64,000 nt of DNA from contig NW_002060946.1 of assembly GCF_000150275.1 (NCBI RefSeq), positions 3,367,454 through 3,431,453 of the forward strand, given 5' to 3'. This document shows positions 13,983 to 25,558 of this stretch, in pieces. The DNA comes from Trichoplax adhaerens (Eukaryota > Animalia > Placozoa). Position numbers and translations under genes: made by a program. How positions within the stretch are numbered: position 1 is the stretch's first letter; each line of letters starts with the position of its first letter. The notes under the pieces are model-generated. The model ran no database searches. It saw only the letters and a program-made list of their open reading frames with translations, and was not told the origin of the DNA.

Positions 13983-16232
13983 CAAGATAGATTGAAAGCA
14001 TTTAAAGAATATAAAATGTAGCTACTTCTTTTTACTCACAAACAATATTGAAATAATAACAGTTTAACTTCAACTTTAATTCAATCCAGACAATGCTTGT
14101 ACAATACAAAAATTAGCCCTGATATAGCTTCAACGTAGATTTTCTGCTATAATCGCCATTCTAAAACATTTCAGTACTGAGAGAAAACCTAATATGGCAA
14201 TACATAGATAAAACGAAGTACAAGACTGATATTGGTTTGAAATCACAGCTCTAGTACGCTAGAATATTTTGACAGTACTTGATATCAATTATCCGTAAAA
14301 TTTATATTTTATCATACGCAGTAGTAAGTGAATTAATGATGTTATTACGTATGCGCAAAAGACGGTGACTACTTCCAACTTGACCTACTCGGAAAACAAC
14401 TTTAAAAACCTAGTTAAGCATCTAAATACTGATCAACTCGCGGTTGTATATTGCATACATATATCTTAAACATATTACAGGTGAATAATTATATTGGTTA
14501 TAAAGTTATATCGAACTAGCTCTGATTTATTGGTTATAGAACTTAATCATTATGTTCCTATTACAGTCGGCTGGCTAATAAGATACGAGACGAATCAATA
14601 CGATCAAACAAAGTTAAGGAAGAAACCTCAACATAAATATCATTGCCACAACATCATCAACTATGCATTCCATAAAATTTTTGCAGTTAAAATCTATTAA
14701 CAATGGCCATGAATATCTAGTAACATTCAAAACATTACGTACGCTATCATATCATATTAATTATCAATATCTTGGCATCATTCCATCATGTTAGATTTAA
14801 TCATATTTTTAACCACTCCAGACAATGAAGTACATTGTTTATCCAGAGGTTAAAGGTGATTCTGTTAGTTTAAGGGAAGAAAAAATTTCTCTATTGATGT
14901 CGTTATTATTTCTTATATAGAAACGCCTGCTATGCAGTAATGGAAAAGAAATACCGTAAATAATTAAATAAGAATTTACGAATATAACAATACATGTAAG
15001 TAAAATAGAGCCGAGTACTGTATTGTCATTAATGATCTCATAAGCAATTTAGCAGCGAGTTTACCATATAATAGCTTTACTATAACGAAGAAGATTTCGA
15101 GTAAATTAAAAAGCCTTTTAACAGACTTGATAAATAGTGCCCTAGAAATAATGTAAGAAAACGAAATAATTTTAAATGATTTAATGAAGAAAATCACCAC
15201 TTTCAGCAATTACTTTATTACTAGCTTCCGTTAAAAAATTATTTTGAATGACTATAGTACTATTTCAAGAACTCTTTTGCTAACGCAGTCTTAGACAATA
15301 AGATATGATAAAATAGCTAATTTTAATTTGACGCCTTTAAACAGGAAGGAAATAACCGTAATATTCAACTTTTTTAATTACCCATGAGCGAAGATTGGCA
15401 GTCATCATCGTCAGAAATATTTAGCCATATCCTATCCGGACTGGTAATAACAGTGACTCGATAGCGACTGAGACATGTTTATAACTGGTCACCTTTTGTC
15501 ACTTTTTTGACGTACTTAATTGAATGTCTTTCAATTAACGACAACTGGTGTCTAACAAAATAACGCGATCAACAATAGCCCTGATATAAATTAAAGTGAA
15601 AATCAATAATAAAAACAAATTCACAATAGGATAATAAATCCAAATTCGTAAATAACGCTGCCTCTTAAGAGGAAAGAAATATAAAGTTCTCATTTTGGGG
15701 ACAGCGATCTATTATTACTCATAAAGACGTTAATTAACAATCATTGTAGTTGTAACTCATGCGTGGAAAGTGGGCACTCTAAGCATAAACAGTAAAAGTA
15801 ATATGATTAGCCTATGCATTTGATAATAATTTGATATACCATAAATTGATTCATATTTCTAAAACGAAATTAAACACAGGATTTCATTTTGACGTGGGCA
15901 TTGTCAATCATATGAAATACAAACAATAGATACTGGTAATTTATATGTTTGGAAAGCGAAGGAAACTGTTAATGCAAGAAAATTTCTTACGGTACCTACT
16001 GTAATGCAATCAAAATTTTAATTACGTATTTATTTATTCAATAAAATATAAATTACCCCCTTATGCTCGATATATTATCAGCAGGCATGAACAACAAGCC
16101 GATGCAAAAATACTGACTTACCCTACTGTACTTCAAAGCAAGCACCATACGATACTATACTAATTTCTCCAGTGTCAATGTCAGGTAGCACTGAATTCAA
16201 TACTAGTTCATTTTGAACAGGTCCAGACAGAC

Positions 16233-16976
16233 ACGTCCTTTCATTTTTGAAACTCTTCCATTTATGCTCTACTGATCTGAGTTTTAAGTGGCATTTTCTT
16301 CTAAAATTATATTCACATTCTGATAAGCTTAACAAATCGCCGCCAATAAAAGGAAATGCCGGCACTAAGTTACTTCAATTTAGGTGCAACTAATTTATGA
16401 GTGAGTTTTAAGCGGCATTTTCTTCTATAATTATTTTTACATTCTGATAAGCTTAACAAATCGCCGCCAATAAAAGGAAATGCTGGCACCAAGTTACTTC
16501 AATTTAGGTGCAACTAATTTATGAGTGAATTTTAAGTGGCATTTTCTTCTATAATTATTTTTTACATTCTGATAAGCTTAATACGTCCTTTCATTTTTGA
16601 AAATCTTCCATTTATGCTCTACAGATCTGAGTTTTAAGTGGCATTTTCTTCTAAAATTATTTTTACATTCTGATAAGCTTAACAAATTGCCGCCAATAAA
16701 AGGAAATGCTGGCACCAAGTTACTTCAATTTAGGTGCAACTAATTTATGAGTGAATTTTAAGTGGCATTTTCTTCTATAATTATTTTTTACATTCTGATA
16801 AGCTTAATTCGTCCTTTCATTTTTGAAAATCTTCCATTTATGCTCTACAGATCTGAGTTTTAAGTGGCATTTTCTTCTAAAATTATTTTTACATTCTGAT
16901 AAGCTTAACAAACTGCCGCCAATAAAAGGAAATGCCGGCACTGAGTTACTTCAATTTAGGTGCCACTAATTTATAT
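16233..16976. repeat. Compound tandem repeat built from three modules (B ~48 bp, A ~51 bp, C ~73 bp) in the order BAC-AC-A-BAC-A-BAC
   Basis: Near-identical recurrence of cgtcctttcatttttgaaa..ctgag (3x), ttttaagtggcattttcttct..gataagcttaa (6x) and caaatcgccgccaataaaaggaaatg..ctaatttat (4x). Confidence 0.9.
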
Positions 16977-17599
16977 CTAGTCCTTCATTAAGAGCGACAG
17001 ATGACCTGCTTCATTGCCAGTCAGTCAGTTACAGTTAGTTGACTCTCAATCCGTCAATAGTGACGCATTGAAGAGCATAGCGTTGGAAATTAAGTGACCC
17101 TATTAGGTGACCCTATCTTAGCAGTAGCGACCTCTGATTGGTGGGAAGTGAATACTAATCGATCGTTTGACTTTAGGCAAGCGAGTTTATTACGTCATTT
17201 CATGAAATGTAGAGCACGTCACTCTTGCGCTTCATCTTTATCCAGTAAGGTCACATTTTAGCCAATGATGCTGTCACTAAAATGGAGATATATATTATTC
17301 TTACGACAAAAATACATTTCTAGATATTTCCGTGGTCTTCTTGGATCTTGAACTACTTATCAAGATCAGTTCTCCGTAACCAATGTAAGCTTTTTCTTTT
17401 AAGCTTGACGTAGCAATAATCTAAACCATCTCCTTACGTATAAACGATCTATTATCAAACTCTTTTTACAGTAAAAAATAACTCGCTTTTATATATTCTA
17501 TCTATATTCGCGAGCAGCTACAAGATATATATGTTGAACATATTAGTCTATAGAGCTTAATACTAATCAAAAATATTAGCTGGCGTTCATTTTTAGATC

Positions 17600-20500
17600 T
17601 AAATTTGTATAGTTTCGTGCTCTCCTTTTGAAATACCTTTCAGCATGCATATAGCAGTCGATTAAATGACCATCAAAACACTAATCTGACCTTTGAGCTC
17701 CTTTTAAATCAGGTATCCAACTAATTTCCCTACCCTTATCCAATAATGAATTAGTTTGCAATTTTACAAGTAATATTAATCTACATATGTATACGCGTAT
17801 ACAGCATTATTATGAGTCATGGTACGAGTACTGTGACAAGCATACAGGCTGATCTAGAACCTTGATGACAGGCTATCTACTCAGTATAACAATTAATAGA
17901 ATGTAGTTATACTGCTTGGCGAATCAACAACGTGACAGATATCGATTTAAAATCGAAGCTGCCCTTCTATTTACGCAATGGCTGTTTGCCTTGTAAAAAA
18001 TTAAATTAAATTAGCCAAACTTGACGATTAAGGTTTCTTAGAATTTTTGATATATTTCAAATATTGACTCTATACCAATAAAACTTCTTCGCTTTTGTAT
18101 TTCATTGGTTGACAATCCAAATGTAATTAAATTACCTTTTTGGCGTTTAAAAGCTACATAATTGGCGAATCTTAGGCGATTAATTAATTTGTTCTCATAT
18201 CATTCTGTAAGTTAGTACCATAAAAATGAAAATGAAATAAAATCGAATTATCGACAACATTTTTTCTTGGCGAATTTACAATTAAAAGCATCAACTAGTC
18301 TGTTCTCACCAAATTCTTGATTAATTTCTTGTCCTATTAATAGGTATAATCAGCTTATTCATAAAATCGATTACAATATGACATTTTGCCCAAAGAAAAT
18401 CTTCAATTAGACGAATACTATATTCATCGCTGAAAGTTGCAAAGTGTGTAAGTAGCGAATTGGCGTATAGATGAACGACGGTAGGTATTTACTTTGAAAA
18501 AATTATCTAGCTAAAATCGCATCCATTGTAGGTCTAAGGAAATGATTCGAAAGAAAATCTTTTAATTTTCTCTTCAATAGCCCAAATTTGCGTACGATGA
18601 ATAATCACAGTCATAATTATCGACTTAAATGATCTTTACAACTAGGTAGCCTATTACCATCACTCAATTCTCAATTTCCAACCAGGACGCCCACATCTGA
18701 AAGGTATACGCTTTAATTATTTAGGCAGGCCATATTCCTATTTTAATTAGTGTAGATCACAAGACGATTGTTAGTATTTATACTCTCAAGTTACAATAAG
18801 CCATATCTAAATGGATTGGCTAGACCGATTATTCAAAATATGGATCAAAACAGCAATTGAATTGGGCACGTATTTTTAATTTCAAAGTGCGATGCTATCA
18901 ATACTAAGCTATTTGCAAGATTGATTGATTTTATTACTCTAGCTGTTCCTAGGAAACAGGTATATCATATGTCAATAGGGAATCCATTGGCCAGCTATTT
19001 TTGTACCGAATTCAAATCAGGAATTAATTTATGTCTTTACAGAAATACTTCAATAATTTTTTCCCATAAGGTTGACTGCTCTCATAGCTGATAATAATCA
19101 GCTATTCAGAACCCAAATCGCTAGAGAATATGCAAATATCCATTTTATAACGAAAGTATATTGGATCTGGGTAAGTTACCATAATAACGACCAAACCTCT
19201 TCGCTACTTTTTTGTAATTAGTGCCATTATTGACTTCTATTTCGTCACTTGCCAAACTAAAATAATACATATAATCTTCGATTTCTTTGCATTTATAATA
19301 CAATATCCATCTAAAATAATGTTAATCAGACTTTACGGTCCATTTTTGAAATATTTAAGGAGCATTCCCATTAGTGAAAATAGCATATTATTTTTACTCT
19401 TTACGATTTTTTCAAGAGTACTATTTTAGCGCAAATCAGATTGCAGCCTTTCAATTGCTAATGTCACACTATATCACTGTATTCTATAGCACATAACTAC
19501 TATAATTAGCTGAAATCATCACGTATAACCATCTCTGCCCCTTCTCAAGCAAAGATACAATGCACTAACGGTTCTACTCACGTAATATCACCTTTACTCA
19601 AAAGAGATAATCCACTCTATACAATCCCTTTCCGTGATTTAAAATTTTTTTTCTTCTTTCTTGTGCTACGGGGTATTCTAACAAGTTCCTAGATAATATG
19701 GCGTCATATACACTATACACATGCAATGCATATTTATCGATACACAGTGAATATTTCTTTCTCTGTTGACAATATATTTACAATATACCCAACATAACCC
19801 AAATTTTCTCCATTGTTTATGACGCAGGGTTTCAGTAATTTATCGGCGTAAAATCGAATATTATGCCATATATTAACGACTAACAATGCCGTTTATTTTA
19901 GCGATATTATATGTCCAATACATGCTGATAGAACTCCCATAGTAAAGACGTATATTCCCACATCATCCATAACAACTATAAAAATAATATATCGGATTCA
20001 TTCCTATCGATAAAATGAGCTACGCTTTAACTACTGAATTAAAAATAACTTACTAATTGCTATTCAATAGTTAAGTGACATTACCAACGCTACAATAAGT
20101 CATTGATGTAATTTCGACTAGTTAAACTTAAATATTTGAAAATATAATCCACGAAATATTTTGCAAGATTAAATATAATGCTGTTCCATAGTTTGCAATA
20201 GTTAAATAGAAATTAAGCGATAAAGAGTTTTATCATTGATTGCATTCCTTACAATTAGCGTCTGTTTATTTGTAATTCCATACTTGCAGTTACATCACAG
20301 CTAACTACAATAAATTTTGCTTTTCATACGTATATATGCATATACAGTATATAGGTCAAAATTTAATTGCAATCTAAAAATATGCATGCAACTACGAAAA
20401 TTAATTTATAAATTTGAGATTATATTGCAATTATAGCTCACTTTCAGATGTAGGCTTATTTGTACATACGTACACAGAGCTGTATATCTACTATTTCATC

Positions 20501-22900
20501 TCTATAATACAACATATGCCTTGTACTCTATGCATGTTTATACTTAATGTCTTTTAGAAAATCTATTTTATGTTTATGTAAATTAATATTTACGCATATA
20601 AAGACTCTTTCGGTATCAATACTTAGTATATTCAATTCACTTGTACATTCAAAATCCAACGGAAGCTATTCTACTAATAAAAATCTGTATATTAATAAGT
20701 ATATATAGTAAAATGCTATGCCATTAACCCTCGTAAAGCGATCATTTACGCTCATAAAAAATTCAAGTTTAAATTAAACCATCAGTCTAGCCTAAAATAT
20801 TATTTCCTTTCTTATTTTCTATTATTACGAAATACGTAAATACTAGTATGACTGATTTTACTAGATGTATCATTGACTTCAAGATTGAGTATTTGAAATT
20901 TATTTTACTACACTCACAATTTGATGTCATTCCACTTAAATTCCCTTTTTCTGGACAATTCACAATGGAAAATAATAAATTTTATTGACCAGAAAGGTCA
21001 GTTATGTAAAGTTATAACAGCCTTTAAATATCACTATAAACCTAGTTATTGATCAATGATACCTATTATTGTTCGACAGAATAAAAGCATAAGCTGATCC
21101 AGTATCATATTCATTAATCAAAATTATAGAAATAAACAATTATAAGAAGCAAGACAGGCACAGCCATATGTCAAATCAAGATTAAAAATCGAAAACAAAA
21201 TATATGAAATTAGGCACTTTAATTGACTAAAGTCATTAATATCGTCATGAGAATATGATAATATTTCTATTTCTATAGCAATTTATCTCAAAGTGGGTAA
21301 TCAAATATAAAGATTAGTTCAATCTCATATTTGCTCTTGCAATTCTTTGATTTACAAGCAATGTAATGTCTGTTGCAGAGGCTATCATATTTTTCTTCTC
21401 AATCGATTTCATGATCGTTGCCATCATATCCAACAATGGTAACTTGTCTTTTATAATAATAAAAGTTTAATAATCTCCTGATCTATTGTAATTCAAGAGT
21501 AAAATGTTGTTTTTATATATTCTTTCCACTATTCATCCGTCTAACCTTGATCGTACTATTGAACTGCAAAATTGAATAGGTAGAAGTTATATTAAACTCC
21601 TCTCTTGAAGTGATAAAAAAATAGAACCAATTCAATAAGTCAATATTTTTCTCCATTGAATAATATATTGATCAAGTTATGATAATAGCGCTAAAAATAA
21701 AGGCATAAACCCAATATTTCTTTTTCCCATCGTTAAGACAATTCATTATAAGTCTGTATTTGATCAGCATCATTTTGAATTTAGAAACAGGTGCAACGAA
21801 TAAATTAATAACAGAAATTTTTTTAATTTTGTGTTTGATCGCTAACATTCAATGGCAAGTATAGCTGAGATGTATCACCATCATTTAACTATTGTTAACG
21901 ATTAAAAATTTTTCAATTGATAACAATATCAAAAGGAAGTCGGTTGATAGAACTAAATGATCACAGACATGTTAACTACTTCATATAAGCAACCATAAAC
22001 CACTTCTAGCCTGCACTAAACTTGTATAGTCTATAGGAATACAGCAGCTAATTTCAATATCTTTCACAATTTCATAAATTTTAATTACTGGTAAAAAAAC
22101 GGCAGTAATTCACCTAGGTTAGTGTTTTTCATTAAATAAATTTACGACTAGATTAATTAAATCAAATATTAAGCTGACTAAGGACGCATTTCTACATCTT
22201 CAAGATTGGAACTGACAAAACAGAAGAAAAGACGGAGAATTAAACATTCCTAATCTTGCTATTTAAAGTTTCATTGCGCATTAAAAAGGTATTTTTAACA
22301 AGAATCAATTAACTTCTACATTGCTAATATACAAAGGAAATCGCTACGAAAGAATCTTTGAACATTTTAATCGTAAATATATCCGATTTTCCAAGTTTTC
22401 AACATCAGGTGAAGTTATATCTATAAATCCTTCAAATATATCCTAACATTGATAAAACAGTTCGTAATTTCTCGTTTCTTATTAAGAGCAAAGCTAAGTA
22501 TGTTATTTTAGTTTATTATTTCTAATATTAGACCGAAACTGTTTTTACCATTAACTACCACTCCCAACAAACTGCATCACATATACCTTGAATATTATCA
22601 TACGGTTCAGCTACAAGAAATTTAAGATTGACTACTTATTTATAGGGTAGTAAAGGTGTATTTACATCAATATCATCCTCAAATTTATTAAGATTGGAAT
22701 GACAACATGTACTTAAAATCGGATAATGTCTTAACTAGCAATTTTGAACATATTATATTAAAATTGACCATGATGTACAGTACATCCAAAAGAAATTAGA
22801 TCAACTTGATATATAGCAATTCCAATCGAAATCTAATAATTGATTAGGAATTATTCTAGTATCGGCAATACGATAACAAAAGGATAAGAGTACTATAATC
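17600..22900 (-). pseudogene. BROMI/TBC1D32-like relic R5, near full length
   Basis: Colinear reads: FIDITSPDVENLENRIYL at ~22385-22440 (~GVDITNPNMTRLLKKVRL), KWFMVAY (~KWMHAHY), WGIYVFTMGVLSACIGHII at ~19905-19965 (~[19 protein letters not shown]), LGYVGYIVNILST (~FGYGVLVTRVAST), QWMRF*LDNFSK, LIHYWIRV..VGYLI*KEL at ~17700-17755 (~[19 protein letters not shown]). Confidence 0.7.
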
Positions 22901-23049
22901 ATGGTGGATTATATTTTCTAGATAGCTCCCGGTAGCTAAAATTGGTAATAGAGTACGTAGTTTATTGTAGTTATAATTACTGCCTATAGTAGCATAAATA
23001 ATAGAAATAGATATCCTGACAAATCAAACTCGAAAGCTTAGAATCTGAT

Positions 23050-25400
23050 TGAGGTCGTTTTATTCACTGCTTAATACTTTAAACTTGGAAAATTTTTTGC
23101 AAATGATAAAATAAAATCCTGCTATAAATACGCAACATGTTCTATCGTCTTAATTTCGTAGATCACGTTACTATAGGTATAATAGGAAAATCAAACAATA
23201 TTGAATATCAATCCTTCCAAATCCCTTGATTTCTATATTCAATGAGGATTTCCACCAAGCTGGGCTACATAGTACTAGATCTATTCAATTAAAATCTATA
23301 ATTTACGAACTTTAATAGGATTAACCCACACTATTCTCATATTTAGACAACATCAAACTAATGTATTCCAATTATCTTAAGAAATAGATAGATTTTCGGA
23401 AAACGATAACATTAAATATGAAATACTACTTTTGAATATAACACGGATATTATTACTAAACGTTAAATATTCCCAACATATGTTGGCCACGATTGAGGAT
23501 AAATATTGTTTAAGATTATATAACTTAATTACAGTAGAAGACCAAGACAAAAATAATACGATATCTCAGATAGAGCTAAAATGAAAACAATACCGTAGAG
23601 TAAAATTTCATTTAACGTAATTAACAACCAGTAAATTATCTGATGATTACGGTACTATGTAAGTCAAAAATTGATAGACGTTCTAATACTCTGATACATC
23701 AATACTCATGTAAAATGCCCATCTTTTCAAAATTATTATTAAAGTATTAAAGCTAAGCAGGCACGTAGCATTCGAATCAATGCTGGTAAAGATCAACTGT
23801 CAAATGTTAGGATTAAATAAATATAATTGATCCTCTGCTAAATAATGCTATCATTGTTATTGAAAATGCAAGAAATAATAAATTAATCAACTGTCTTCTA
23901 TTTGATCAGTTTTTCTTGCAATATTCCCCATTGGCCGTTATTAATAGTTGAAGTACTAACCATTAAGTTACACGACACTGTAAGTGTTAGAATTAACCGC
24001 TATTAAACAAACTATAGCTTAAAATACCAAAAGTTAGTCTATAAATTTTCTTGCTAGAGTCTTTTCTCATCTTTTGACTGAAATCTCGAAAACTTTGAAA
24101 TTTTAAATATGAAATATTCGCATACACGCCTTATTTACTTTTCATAATTGCATTGAAATAAAATCTTCAACGATGCTTGGTATTATAGAATAAATGCAAT
24201 ACTAGATACGCAATTGATATTAATCAATATAAATTCTACTTAAAGTATGCTTAGTTGTACTATCGAAGCTAATAGAATACTACAATATTGCTTTAGATTA
24301 AGACGATATTCTGTAATAATCTTAAATTTTCTATCTTAATTAGTAAGTTTATATATTATCAAATTTATTTTTAGTTCTACTATTGTCATAATACAGTTTT
24401 CGAAACTCTATCGCTATCTTTGGTATGCTTATTCCCTTATTTTTCCAGTTTATTATCTAAATTCTATCCTTTTATATTGTAAGATTTTAAGCACTTTAAT
24501 TACCACGATACACTTACTGGTTCAGTGTGTATCATAAAGATAAAGAATACAAAAGTTCATACTATCTTAAAAGCTAGGAATAAACTTGAAAAGCTGTAAT
24601 ACTTAGACATTAAAATAGATATTGATATCCTTGGATGTCACGTATGATAGCAAATATATTAATTATTAACGATTGTTGCGCATAATGAACACAAGAAGCT
24701 TAAAATATGCTATCAAATAATAAATATATAATGTATATTGGATATTTCAAGTCAATCTAATATCAGTGATGATTAATATAACAGTACAGTGAGCTACGTT
24801 TCACCACAAGGCTTGAAGGCAATTGAAATGCAAATTATAAATAGACATTTTGTTTTCCTCACAGAATAACTTAAACCACAATAATCATACACAATTACTC
24901 TTAGGATTCACTAAGTAATATTAATTATTAAAACTATCGTACCGTATAATATTATTATTTAACAAGCATACTCATTAATCTACTGTTGAAAGATTCATTA
25001 GGGTCTAATTTAATGCTTACTCGAAAAATTAATATGCACTATGCATTTCTGCAAAGATTACAGCATATACTTAAATAAATTACATAAAATTATCCTTACA
25101 CAAAACTACAGTTTATGATGCCATAATATCTATGCCATACTAATTATCAGAGCGATGAATTACTGAATAGCGAACCCTACTACATTGAGCAATGTGCAAA
25201 TATTAGTGATTGGGGAAATCAGTTGCAAATTTAGCCTAAAATTTTAACTGCCAAAAATCTGGTAATAGCTATAGTTGGATAGATATAGTTCCCTAAAAAT
25301 CAAACACCGATGAATTAAAGCACTGAAATTATTCGATTCCAAAAGTTACAGCATCAGTTTAACGATAATACACGTATCATCCCTTTTTAAGCAATATTAG
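23050..25400 (-). pseudogene. BROMI-like relic R6 (C-terminal part; upstream extent uncertain)
   Basis: VFPKIYLFLKIIGIH*FDVV*I*E*C at ~23330-23410 resembles [27 protein letters not shown]; weaker SSLVVKRS near 24800. Confidence 0.45.
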
Positions 25401-25558
25401 ATATTCTCGTATAGTATATACAATTTTGTTTAACAGAATTTATGATAACGATACGAAAATAAATAAAGAACTAAATAATTTTTCTAATTATGCTTTAATT
25501 CATTCCTATATTTAATAATTACAGTATTCTAGGAAAGTATTACATCGATCTGAAAAAA

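Larger units (their letters stand above)
12950..17400 (-). pseudogene. BROMI/TBC1D32-like relic R4 (middle to C-terminus), interrupted by a tandem array and an assembly gap
   Basis: Colinear reads: LLLR*GHLIGSLNFQRYA (~[21 protein letters not shown]), SIVSYGACFEV (~NLLSYPAIYEL), AIVDRVILLDT (~IIDRLIILNS), FLTMMTANL (~LSVICCDL), DSVRNVL..YSWPLL (~SVERNHVL..YPWPMF), FYYMLSKNDMTTLVRFL (~[16 protein letters not shown]), YQSGI (~VESGI), FLKNLSIPYQPLYKSKM (~YMEILEQNYRTVLLRDM). Many stops and frameshifts. Confidence 0.7.

Noticed and set aside
13549-14001. Four ORFs of 120-150 aa
   Set aside because: Artefacts of the N gap.
14568-14637. Alternative last exon for CCNDBP1 (SRLANKIRDE...)
   Set aside because: A closer phase-compatible exon exists at 12666-12762, and this stretch lies within antisense relic R4 beyond the gap.
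12950-14900. Degenerate NACHT/NLR gene (SGVVKNM as Walker A, LVRFLF, LAYQS)
   Set aside because: The same interval gives more numerous and colinear matches to the TBC1D32 C-terminal half, continuous with reads at 15.3-17.4 kb; the NACHT motifs were poor.
16233-16976. CRISPR-like repeat/spacer appearance
   Set aside because: Eukaryotic context, the intervening segments are themselves repeated, and there are no cas genes.
19880-19985. NB-ARC Walker B-like read IVVMDDVG
   Set aside because: No Walker A upstream; an alternative frame gives a BROMI-like read consistent with its neighbours.
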